Shown here in pieces: positions 26,949 through 37,515 of a DNA stretch of 64,000 nt. The stretch covers positions 56,420,001 through 56,484,000 of the forward strand of contig CM060733.1 in the NCBI GenBank assembly GCA_030704615.1, read 5' to 3'. The notes beneath the pieces are model-generated. The model did no database searches. It was not told the DNA's origin and was given only the letters and a program-made list of their open reading frames with translations. Numbering within the stretch: the stretch's first letter is position 1; every line of letters begins with the position of its first letter. The DNA is from Takakia lepidozioides (Eukaryota; Plantae; Bryophyta). The position numbers and the translations under genes were made by a program.

Positions 26949-27316
26949 CACTACAAGAAATTGGTTTTTTCTGACTAGTTTTTATGAATAATTTTCAGTC
27001 ATATCTGCCATTTATGGCTAACATGGCTGCTTAGCTAAAAGCCTTGTTATGTCAAACAACAGTCATAATCCACGACGAAGTCATATGAGAGTCAGATCAT
27101 AAAATCCTACGTGGCACTAACACAACCCATCCTAGTCATTATTTGGAGTCATAGATATGTCTTGATATATAACTTCATCCATCTATTTTGTCGGGTACGT
27201 GGAATTGCAGTCGGGCAATATGTGTACAATTGGCGAATGCACGTGTCATTACGCGATGAGTCCACAACTATAATGGTTATGAGTGGACAACCAGCATGTA
27301 GCCCAGTGGGGAGGCG

Positions 27317-27351
<35 letters not shown>

Positions 27352-27700
27352 TTATGAGTGTCATATACGACTACAGAGGTGATGTCACCCAATATTGAGA
27401 GCAATCATGGGGACTACATGGCAAGTGTCAATGCATGACAACTGTTGTTTGTTAGTGTGGTCAAGGAGACAACGATGTGACTTTGTTAGTGTGGTCATGT
27501 AAGTTGCACAACGTTATGATTGTCATAGATGACTATGGTAGTTTGATATCAGATTGGACACATGGTGAGCGATATAAATTCCGCGTGGTGACGTGGTTAT
27601 ATATCGCCACGTGATGAGAAATCATTTGGTAATGCAAGTATGTAGTGACGAGGGCTGGTTGGTATTGTGCCTTTCTCACAACTCGTTCGTATGGTGCCTT
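26949..27700 (+). mobile_element. CACTA/EnSpm-like left end with subterminal repeats
   Basis: Starts CACTACAAGAAA, with recurring AGTCATA/ATGACT motifs. No matching right end found, so the extent is approximate. Confidence 0.55.
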
Positions 27701-28627
27701 TGTCACAACTCGATGGCTTTGTTGCACGTCGTTTTGTTGCTAGCGCGGCTTTTCTCCACCTCCATCCTCTGCTCATTTCTTGCGTTCTAGCATTGTCCAT
27801 ATTGGTCCACCCCTTTCCTTGAGTCTGTACCCTATGGCTGGAACGCTTCCGACCCACCACCTGACCAAAGCAAACCCCAGTATCCCCAAAATTCTAATCT
27901 TAACCCACCACTGGCTGTTCCAATGGTGCGCCTATTTTTTGCATTCCCTAAATAAAACATTGTCTCCTCCCCCCTCTTTCTACAGGTCCCTCCAGCTCTG
28001 CCCACTTGTCCACTCATTAACCCCCCCTTTTCCTTCCGGTCTATGTGTCCCTCCCCTCCTTTCCCACCACCCCCTCCACTTGGTCATGCCATCTTCTTAT
28101 TGGTTGAATTTTCTTGAAATGAAACTTGGGCTACATTATAGAGTTTCAAATGTATGTGTCCATTCATTTTGTAGTATTGAAAGGTAGGAACTAGGAATGT
28201 AGGAACCAGTGTTGTGCGGGTACCTGCTTAGGCGGGTTGGAACCGGCAGTTCCGGTTCCGGTTTCTCGGAACCGGCGCCCAGGAACCGGAACCGGAACCG
28301 AGGGAGCAGGGATGAGCCGGTTCCAGAACCGGACCCGGCGGGTATGGGTTTTTCCAGGAACTGGAACCGGGGGGGTCAGTGGCGGTTCCGGATCCCGTTC
28401 CCGCACTAGGGCGTTTTTTTTTTTGTTTTTTTTTTTCTCCCCCCGTGATCTGTCGTCTCTCACCTCCAATCTGCGCGATCTGCTGCAGTAACGCGACTTC
28501 AGTGCAGTGGAGGGAGTAGCGCATAGCAGCACGGGGAGGAAGGAGCAACGCGCCTCAGCGCGTGAGGGAGGGAGCAACGTTTTTTTTTTTTTTTTTTTTT
28601 TTTTTGTTTTTTCGTTTTCCTGGTTCT

Positions 28628-28926
28628 TGTCAAGTTAAATAAACACAGTGTGAAACTAACTAGAATAAATCTAGTTATTTGTATTTAACACTTGGAATTA
28701 GTTCAAGTGTTAAGTCAGGTGTCAAGTTTAGCTTGACACCTGAACCATCTTATCTTCACGAGCTCGTCTTAGCATCTGAGAGTACTTATGGAGGGAGAGT
28801 AGGATGTTGTGGGGTGGAGTCCCCATAGCTTGGGGTGCCCCTGGCTTGACTCTTATTTTAACGATTGATTGTATTGTATTTTGTGTTTTTGTGTCAACAG
28901 ACAGTGTGAGTTTAGTTTTCATTTCA
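28628..28926 (+). repeat. Repeat A1 (5' partial LTR)
   Basis: Direct repeat of 35896-36218 apart from small indels and a replaced central block (about 28769-28795). TG...CA ends. Confidence 0.92.
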
Positions 28927-28942
28927 CTTGAGAGAGATGAGC
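28927..28942 (+). other. Putative self-priming primer-binding site
   Basis: CTTGAGAGAGATGAGC immediately after A1 is complementary to GCTCATCTCTCTCGAG in A2 (36035-36050), with 15 Watson-Crick pairs and 1 G-U. Confidence 0.7.
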
Positions 28943-30187
28943 TTGCATCGTTAGTGCGAGATGTGAGTTTTTAGTTTAGCACTGTTTTTGTTTCAAAGCT
29001 TGTTTTGAGAGCTGGTGAAGTGGAGAATTATAAAATCCATATATATGTAGAATAGAAGATAGTGGCTATGAGAATAGAAAGGATCGCGTATAGGGTTGTT
29101 GGAAGAGGACGAACTGAGAAGCCTATGTGAAAGAAGGTATTGCTTCCCGCAACTAAGGTTACCTGGTGCATCACCCAACACTGAAGGCTGAGCCGATTCA
29201 ATCCTCACCATGGGGGCCGGTCCAAGTACTAGCGGCGCCATCTGAAATCACTGAGCGGAGCATAAGTGGAAGCATGTATTGGGGCTAGTGAGGTCACCGA
29301 GAATGGTAGAGCAGGCGGTGACGGTGCACGCAGAACTGCTACAGTTACGGGGAGGCGTTGTATGAGAGTTACGGTCTAAAAATACGAAAGGTGGCACTGT
29401 TGTTGGCCATTGGACATGTAAGCTCTCTTTTACTAGCAACCTCGTGTATGTTGAACGCGGCAATATCTAGAACTGAAGGCGGAAGCTCATGGCCACCTTC
29501 AGTTAGCCGTGTTTGTCTTGAATCTGCTGCAGGATATTATGGGGCTAATCAGTATGGACAGGGCCTGTAACAACTTGGTGATGATAAGGCTAGCGAATGG
29601 GGTTTCATACTCAGCTCGATCCAAGTTCGGCTGTTGACGGTAGACAACTTTCAGAAGGTTTGATTTTATGATTGATCAAACGACGAGGCATTCCCGTATC
29701 GTCGAGGGCAGTCCGTGTTCCAAGACAGCAGCTCAGTTTCTTCCATTGGTGCTGGGGTTAAGCATTTATTAGGATTTCAGAGTTTCAAGAAGGACTGGTC
29801 GAATTTGGGTAGCCAACATATATGTGGGCTGAGGTGGCCGGAATTGCTTTGTTGATTCTTTTCTATGCGATGGCGCATGAAATTAGTAGGCCAACCAACC
29901 TCAGTACCGCAGAGAATTGAATTCTCGTTGGAAGACGGAAGTCTGGTTTAAGCAGAGACCTCGATCTCGGCTCGGCTGGCCTTGATCACATGGATCGTTC
30001 CACGCTCTATGACGGTGCTTGTTCTTTGGATCTACGGACATCTCAATAATGACTTCTGATCTATGATTTTTGGGATTTAGTTCAAGGTTTGTGCCTGCTG
30101 GCCATGAAGCTGATTAATTGCTTTGGTAGAGGCAGCCTGGCAGGTAATGCAAAAGTGCAACCAGCAGCCACCTAGGCTGTCCAGTCG

Positions 30188-30283
30188 TGGCTAGGTACTT
30201 TTGACATAGCAGAGCAGGCCGCGGCAAGGGTCTATGATTTGGCTGCACATGCCCTACAGTGAGGTAAGACCAAGACCAACTTC
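30188..30283 (+). pseudogene. Captured AP2/ERF DNA-binding domain fragment
   Basis: Manual translation WLGTFDIAEQAAARVYDLAAHALQ*GKTKTNF versus ERF consensus WLGTFDTAEEAARAYDxAAxxxRGxKAKTNF. Confidence 0.8.
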
Positions 30284-32246
30284 TTCGTGTGACAATCTGA
30301 ACAATAGTCATAGTTGTACCATCAGGTCTTGGAGCAGCCCCGAGAATATATACCGTTCTGCCCAGCAGATTCCCATGCTAGGAATTTCTACTGATCGGAA
30401 TCTCTACTGATGGTTCACATCTTCAAAAATAAAAGTGTCTGAATCGTAGTAGGCCCCTCCCTTGCTGGAGCGACACAAGTGATATCCTCAGCAGGGCTCA
30501 TGCACAATCGGCTGGCACTCACACTCGTCAATGCTTCCCTACTCGGTTCCTCTACACATGCAAGATCGTGGACTGAGACATTGAGGTCAAGTCGGCTTAG
30601 CCAAGAGGGAACCTGGAGACAAGGATTGGAGGAAAATTAGCGTGGCTGCCACCCCAGTGACCCTTAGCGGGTGTTGGGGCACTGTCGGATGTTGTACTGC
30701 CTGCATGGGATATGCCACTTTCTTACGAAAGCCTTGCAGAGTTGCCCTTTAGGTTGTGATTATCAGGAATTGGTAGTGGCTGGCGTGGACAACACCATGA
30801 GGTGGAAACCGAATAGCAAAGGCAAGTCGCTCTGACTTATTTCCATACTGTACAGTTGCACAACAAAATTCCCAAGCCTGCAATTCATGTTTCATCTGCA
30901 CCCATGCCAGTGACGGCGGCAGTTTGGACATTGATATTCACGACGTAGCTGATCTAGAAGGCACAGAGAACTCGAGAACCTGCAGGGAACGGAGGGCACA
31001 AGGATGTGGATAATATCACTGATATAAATTATTCCATGGATCCTGTCCCCAACATCTCCGCAATTGAACTTTGTGGCTATGTCGACCTCGAGGAAAAGAG
31101 GTTATTTGAAAACATTGGCTCTGATCAGGGTTGTGAACTGGGATAGAATTCTTGAAGTCAATCGTTGGCCTTCAGTATTATACGATTTGTGAGCAGTGCC
31201 CCGACCTGCCTTAATGTCTCCATCGTTAGTGTGGCTTTGTTTTTCGATAGTTGTTGATCCCACAAAACCGTTAGTTAAAAGAGAAAGGAAAATCAAATCA
31301 GATCAGGCCTATTGTCGATTAAATGGACAAATAGTATGTTTATGGGATTAGATAAACTTTGGTTGGTCATATCTTTGTCAAAAGAGCTCCGTTTGACGTA
31401 GTTTTTGGGGGGATACCTACAGATTGTGGTTTTAGTTTTTTGGATTCTGCTAAAAATCTATGGAATTTTTTGAGTGTGAGTGTGCTATGAAAGATCCACA
31501 ATTCTGTTTCTAGAACCTGTTGTGGTCTACATGAGAGACAAGTCTGTGGATGTCCTCCTTGTATGGCTGGGGGCAATGAGGATGTAATTGAAGGGCAGGT
31601 CTGTTCTCTTAGCCTATGCACACAAGGAGACAAGATTTATGTTTCTCAAGGAACTCAGACTGATTTGAGTGGAGAACAATTGGACGAGTTGATTGCATAC
31701 TGGGAGTCAGGCATTAGCAATAGACATCAAACTGCTGTAGTTGGTGTTGAGGGCCTCAATATTGCTTTGGACAGTCAGAACTCTGTTGTAGCTAGCAGTT
31801 CTACAGCTGTAGGTAAAATACCAAAGTGGGTGGAAGCTAGGCTTGGAACACAGCCAAAGACAGCCCCGGGGACCAAGGTGTTCAGCCACAAGGCCGTAGT
31901 GTACTGGAGCAGAGGAGCAGGAGCTGCACAAGATTTTGCAATCAGACGTGGTTGCAGCCGGACACGCTCTGCACGTGTGGGGGCGCTTGCTTTCATAGGG
32001 ATTAGGCCGGATTTGATCACCGGTCAATCCTAGAGTATGCTGTCGGTGGTGAGGCTGGAGTGATGACCCGCAAGACCGCCAGTGTTTCTTCTATGGTGAG
32101 GCTGGGTTGATGACCAGCCAACCATAGGAGTTCTTGCGGTGGATGCAGGTGCAGGTGCCCTTAGCCACTGAGATATGACCCTTAATCCGCAACAGGTGCT
32201 CACCCGTGTCACTATTAAAATTAGTACTAGAGCCTTATAGTGTCAC

Positions 32247-33750
32247 GTGGGGGAGGTGCGGGTTGTGAGTGTCATCACGGAGTTACCCAAGGGTTTTGAG
32301 GGGAGTACGGCTACAGGCAATAGCAGTGAGAGTGGGTTCACAAGACGAGGTGTTCGGTTCAGACCACCTTCACCGCCACCCTCAACTAGTGCAGAGTCTG
32401 ACACAGACTCGGAGGCTTCATCAACATATGTGCAATTTCCTTCGCCATTGTTGTGGGACGACATGGAGGAGATGTATGGAGCTTTTGACAAGGACATGCC
32501 TGCACGAGGCGCAACTGCCAGCCAATAGGTACAAGGGACTGCCCAACAGCGTGGTCAGGGGGGCAAGGTTGCCCAACCCAAATTCCATGGAGCTTACAGG
32601 GGGCCTGGTGCAGAGGCCAATAGCTTCTTTTGCAGGCCAACAACAACCGGGGGTGGTACGTTGGACATGTGGAGGACCCATGTCAAGAAAGATTGCCCAG
32701 AAAGTGGCAAAGGGCCGGCACAAGCACAGCCTGCACAGTTGCAGTGTGGGCATTGTGGCAAGTATGGGCATGGAGATGCCCAGTGTTATGACTTGCACCC
32801 TGAGTTGCGGCGAGGCCAGTTCCAAGGGAACAATGGTGGCCGAGGGCGAGGTGAAGCACCTCAGAGAGGACGAGGTGCTCAGGCACGAGGTGCAGGACGA
32901 GAGCAAGCACAATATGGCCAAGAACGTGGAGGTCAAGGCGTTGACCAAGGCATGGCCAACCGGCTTCAGCAGCTAGAGCAAAGGCTTGCTGCCATGGCCA
33001 TAGCTCAGGTGGTACCAGCTCCAAGACCTGAGGATCCACCTCCTGTTCCTTCTCAACAACGTCATCCTGACGGAGGAGACATGGGAGACATGGGATTTAT
33101 GTGTGGGGCAACACTACCATTAGTGCACGTGGAGTCTGCTGCAGCCGTCACTCGAGGAGCAGCACGAGTTCCTGAGCCACGAGGTGCAGAGGTGGAGTTG
33201 GATCCACAGCGTGGGGAGGCAAGCCGTCAGGCTAGGTTGCCTCAATCATTCATCTTGGCGGAGATAGTGTCGACGACATCCATAGCACCTAATTCTCGCC
33301 CCACGGATACCGAGGCGGAGATTATTGTGCCATTGGGAAGAGCTACACGTGCAGCACTGACACCTGCTGCCAAGGCTAGTGCAGCTAGTGTGTTGTTGGG
33401 GGCGGCCACCTCTGTGTGTCAGGCCCCACTGTTCTCGGCAACCATGATTGCGACGCCGGGGGTAAGACCAACTGCAGTGTTCAGACTAGCAGCAACACGC
33501 TGTGAGAGTGAGGAGGTCACTTCATCTTCTACAGAGTTAGTGGAAGGTGTAGTGGCAGAGGGGTCCTCGGATTTGAGGGTCAAGACTGCCACGGCTGCGC
33601 CATGGCAAGCTGTAGCTGCCAGGTTGACGGAGCTGCCAGCTAGGCCAGCCTTTGAGCGTGCCATGGTGACACCTGGAGTTGTCTTGTTAGACAACCAGGA
33701 TGACATTTTCTCTTTGAGTGGACCGGCAGGCAAGAGGTACCGTCCACTGC
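32247..33750 (+). pseudogene. Gag-like region with two Zn knuckles and an RG-rich tract (stop at 32526, frameshift near 32678)
   Basis: (R)WTCGGP/HVKKDC across the frameshift and CGHCGKYGHGDAQC; GRGRG repeats. Confidence 0.75.
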
Positions 33751-34080
33751 GGATCTTGTTGGATTCGGGAGCTCGGCCACTGATATTGGGCAGAGCCGCT
33801 ATTGCAGGTTTGGGCCTCATGGAGGCGGATATGGAGCCTTGTCCCTTCTAGATACAGACATCTCTGGGAGGATCAGAGCAGGCTCGGGGCATGACACGGC
33901 GTGAGTTGGCCATTAGACTACAGCCGGATCATCCTATAGATGGCTCAGTGATGCAAGCCAAGGCCATTGTGATAGACGCGGTCTCTTACGATGTCCTCGT
34001 TGGTGAGGCAGTATTGTATCCCATGGGCGTCACCCTGGATTTTTGGGAGGAGTCAGCATCCTACAGGCCTGGATGGCAGT
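33750..34080 (+). pseudogene. Retropepsin-type aspartic protease (in-frame TAG at 33849)
   Basis: RILLDSGARPLILG ... *IQTSLGG ... YDVLVGEAVLYPMGVTLDF. Confidence 0.85.
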
Positions 34081-34464
34081 CAGGGGATGGTCGTCGTGTA
34101 CAGCTCCCTGTGACATTCATTGGGGGTGTTGCTGCTGCCCAGCGGGGCAAGATGCCAACACTAGCAGCCTTCACAGCTGCAGTTAGTTGGCCTGAAGAGT
34201 TGTTGGAGGGCAATGCCCATGTAGATGATGTACCACCTCCAGCAGAGCATGATGACATGCATGGTACGGCGGAGTTGCCTGCCATGGCACATTCCATTGT
34301 GGGGTACGAGAGGATTTGCAGCAGGTTGCTGATAGACGTGTGCAACAAGCCTGGGTAGAGGCCTTTGTACCGCTAAGAGAGGAGGAGAGTGTGGTGATTG
34401 CACCAGGACCACCTCAGTTGTCGCCATTGGACACCACACCTCTTGTGTGGCAGTGCCCGGATGA

Positions 34465-35430
34465 AGGCATTTGCCTTCTAGATTTGTTTGACGGGATCAG
34501 CACTGGATTGGCTGCAGTGCTGCAGGCAGGTGTACGAGCGACGTTACCTATATGTGGAGAGGGATGAGATTGCACGACGCATCTCACTGCGCCATGTTGC
34601 TTAATTGGTGCAGCAGTACCCTGATTTGTTGCCAGTGTCTGCAGTTCGTGGATACCAGCAAGCCTTGCCATCAGACATCTCTTTGCTGGGGGCGCAAGAT
34701 TTGGAGCGGCTTGGCCCTATTCACTTGGTAGTGACAGGTTGGCCCTGCCAAGGGCATTCATCAGCCGGGCATGGCAATGGGTTACAAGACTCAAGGTCAC
34801 GCCTGTTTTGGGAAATGTTGAGGGTCCTACGCTATTTACAGCTTCAGCAGACAGATTCTCCGGCATATATCTTGTGGAATGTGCCATTGATAGGTGATTC
34901 TCGGGCCAAGGTGATGGCCAGTGTATATCAAGTGCGGTCTTGGCTTGGGTCAGTAGTGTTGCTGGATGCAGCTGCAGTGGGGTCACGAGCTCATCGCCCA
35001 CGACTATGGTGGACCAACTTGATGCCACCTGCACTGCTCAAGCATGCATTTGATGGGATGCAACGGACACCAAACTTGACGGTGGATAGCATTTTGGACA
35101 TAGAGAGGCAGTCTCAATGTGTGAGACATGATGACCGATCACCTTTGGCAGTGGTCAATAAGGTGGGTCACCCACGAGCAGCATTGCCTACACTGCTCAA
35201 CTTTCCAGCATCTCATGCTTTCCGGAATGGTGGACCTGGCCTCTTATGGGATAGCCAGTTGCAGCAGTTAGTTGAACCCAATGATGACGAGCGCGAGCGG
35301 GCGATGGGTTTTACCACTGGTACCACGGCGGTGCCATCTCTTTCTGAGGCATCACGTCGTCAGGTGTTGGGGCAAGCAATGGATCTCAATTGCTTGACCT
35401 GGATTATCAACTTGGCTATGGCTGAGCAGT
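34465..35430 (+). pseudogene. DNMT3-like DNA (cytosine-5)-methyltransferase domain, disrupted
   Basis: Motif I LDLFDGISTG; II YLYVERD (after a frameshift near 34537; TAA at 34602); IV GPIHLVVTGWPCQ; V DSRSRLFWE; VI YILWNV (E>W); VIII AHRPRLWWTN; IX ERERAMGF; X RRQVLGQAM. Confidence 0.92.
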
Positions 35431-35797
35431 GCAGAGTACGGAGTACACTTCCCTTGATAGTGTCTCTGCCTACCGAGATGGTACAGGCAGCGAGTGGGGG
35501 CGAACAGGTGAGGACCACAAGGTGCAGGCCGCATCCATGGCACATGTGGGAGGTGCTCAAGGTTCAGAGGGAGTTGGCAGCCAATGATGGATGAGGTTGG
35601 GGATTTTTCTCGGGTTGAGGAGGTTCTCAAGGATGAGATGGTGGGGCAAGACGACGACTAACGATGGGGCTGCTCTTGTACCCGGCCTCTTGGTCTATAG
35701 AGTTTGAGTACAATAGGGACAGTGATAGAGGATTTAGTACGGCTGTGGCTATTACATCTTGTAGCTATCTGGAGTTAGAGGGACCTAACCACCAGCT

Positions 35798-35807
35798 AGG
35801 GGGGCGA
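35798..35807 (+). other. Polypurine tract
   Basis: AGGGGGGCGA, then T, then TG start of B1. Confidence 0.75.
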
Positions 35808-35808
35808 T

Positions 35809-36304
35809 TGTGGCAGACTACTTTATTGTGCATATATGTGTGGTGTGGTTTGGACAACGATGTAGTTGTGTAGCGATACGTATGCGCACGACAGCTGTCA
35901 AGTTAAATAAACACAGTGTGAAACTAACTAGTTATTTGTATTTAACACTTGAAATTAGTTCAAGTGTTAAGTGAGGTGTCAAGTTTAGCTTGACACCTGA
36001 ACCATCTTATCTTCACGAGCTCGTCAGTCGTGCAGCTCATCTCTCTCGAGTTGAGCCTGCACGACCGAGCTCCCTCGCTGCTTAACAAGAGTAGGATGTT
36101 GTGGGGTGGAGTCCCCATAGCTTGGGGTGCCCCTGGCTCGACTCTTATTTTAACGAGTGATTGTATTGTATTTCGTGTTTTTGTGTCAATAGACAGTGTG
36201 AGTTTAGTTTTCATTTCATTGTGACAGACTACTTAATTGTGCATATATGTGTGGTGTGGTTTGGACAGCGATGTAGTTGTGTAGCGATACATATGCGCAC
36301 GACA
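35809..36304 (+). repeat. 3' composite repeat B1-GC-A2-T-B2
   Basis: B1 and B2 are both 85 bp with 4 differences. A2 matches A1. The B1/A2 junction is the palindrome GACAGCTGTC. Confidence 0.92.
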
Positions 36305-36311
36305 TTCTGTA

Positions 36312-37355
36312 CAGTGTTGGGTAGGTATATGAATTACCCTGGTATACCCAGCGGGTATATCAGGGTAGTTCATATATATATACCCTGGTGTGACAAGTTT
36401 AGGTACTCGGATGTATACCCTTATATCAGGGTATATTTTTATGATATACCCTTATCCTTTATATTTACCCTGCATCAAGACACTCAATATACCATACTTT
36501 TCTGAAGGGTATATGTTGAAATGAAGGGTATATCTAATCAGGGTATATAAGGGCTTTTATGTCCTAGGTCTTTTCTCTTTTTGTTGTGTTGTTAGGGAGC
36601 CTTGAGCTATAAGAAAGCTCCAATAACAGCTAAAACAAATGCTACATATATATCATTCCTCATATAACCCAAACAATACCTCTTCAGATCTAGCATATAT
36701 ATATAAAAGGAACATGACAGCCCATAATTTAGGTCCTTGATGGAGAGATTTTTTTTTTTTTTAAAGGAACCTGTGAGCAACAGCCCTTGAGGAGGGGGAA
36801 AGATTAACCCCCTTTCATTTATGGGCCATGAGACCTATAGGACGATCAACGCCGAGCACGAACAATCCCACACACGGGGGATGGTAGCGGGTTCGACCCC
36901 CAACCACCAAAGCGACACACAGTGTGCACTTACCAGCTGAGCTACCAGCCGATGTGTTTTTTTTAAAATCTCAAACCTCCTCCATCTTGCATTGGAGATT
37001 AACACCAAAATATTATGCAATATCTTATCAATTTTCTCTTTTACCATAGATTGTTTTCTTTGTGTTTTGTACATATTGAAGAATATCATATATTTTTTAA
37101 AACCATTAAATTATATATTAATTGAAATAGCTATCCATACCCGGAAACTATTCATACCCTCAGGGTATATTTTGGCATATATATCCATACCCGGGGGTTA
37201 TATAGAAATCTGAAAAGTTAATTTACCCATATCCGGAGGATAAATAATTTTTTGAGATTTCAATTTATCCATACTCGGAGGGTAAATGATTTGACAAAAA
37301 TAATTTACTTATACCCTAAGGGTATATTGAAATCAAATATACCTGCACAACACTG
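36312..37355. mobile_element. Non-autonomous hAT element (MITE-2)
   Basis: TIRs CAGTGTTGGGTAGGTATAT / ATATACCTGCACAACACTG with ATACCC/GGGTAT subterminal repeats. 8-bp TSD GTTCTGTA: right copy 37356-37363, left copy split by the retroelement. Confidence 0.9.
36749..36950 (-). mobile_element. tRNA-derived SINE-like element
   Basis: Minus strand GGCTGGTAGCTCAGCTGG (box A) ... GGTCGAACCC (box B-like), with an A-run tail (plus-strand T run about 36749-36762). Confidence 0.6.
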
Positions 37356-37515
37356 GTTCTGTAGTCTCGCACCTCCCACCTGCGCGATGTGCTGCAGCAG
37401 TGCGAGCATCAGCATGGGGGAGGGAGCATCGTAGGCAGCAGTTTTTTTTTTTTCCCACGTTGTATCGTCTCTCACGTCTGTTTTTTGAATAGTGAGGAAG
37501 TCCACTTAGATGACG

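Larger units (their letters stand above)
28628..36304 (+). mobile_element. Split/permuted-LTR retroelement (Ty3/Gypsy-like gag and protease) carrying a DNMT3-like methyltransferase; no RT/RH/IN seen; decayed
   Basis: Termini TGTC...GACA and 4-bp TSD TTCT (28624-28627 / 36305-36308). Repeats A1 28628-28926, B1 35809-35893, A2 35896-36218, B2 36220-36304. PPT 35798-35807. Gag knuckles, LLDSGA protease and C5-MTase motifs. Confidence 0.9.

Noticed and set aside
28191-28577. Overlapping Pro/Gly/Thr-rich ORFs
   Set aside because: Artefacts of the GGAACC subterminal repeats of the hAT MITE.
28784-28799. 16-bp identity (ACTTATGGAGGGAGAG) between the A1 filler and 707-722
   Set aside because: Low-complexity, and a match of this length is plausible by chance in a 64-kb self-comparison.
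29770-29825. DFRVSRRTGRIWVANIY as the N-terminal half of the AP2 domain
   Set aside because: Only weak resemblance and ~360 bp from the clear fragment, so not supportable without an HMM search.
28950-35800. RT, RNase H, integrase or tyrosine recombinase within the split-LTR element
   Set aside because: No YxDD, DDE or RHRY-type motifs were found in the ORF track or in spot translations. Treated as non-autonomous or deleted, though a highly decayed remnant cannot be excluded by eye.
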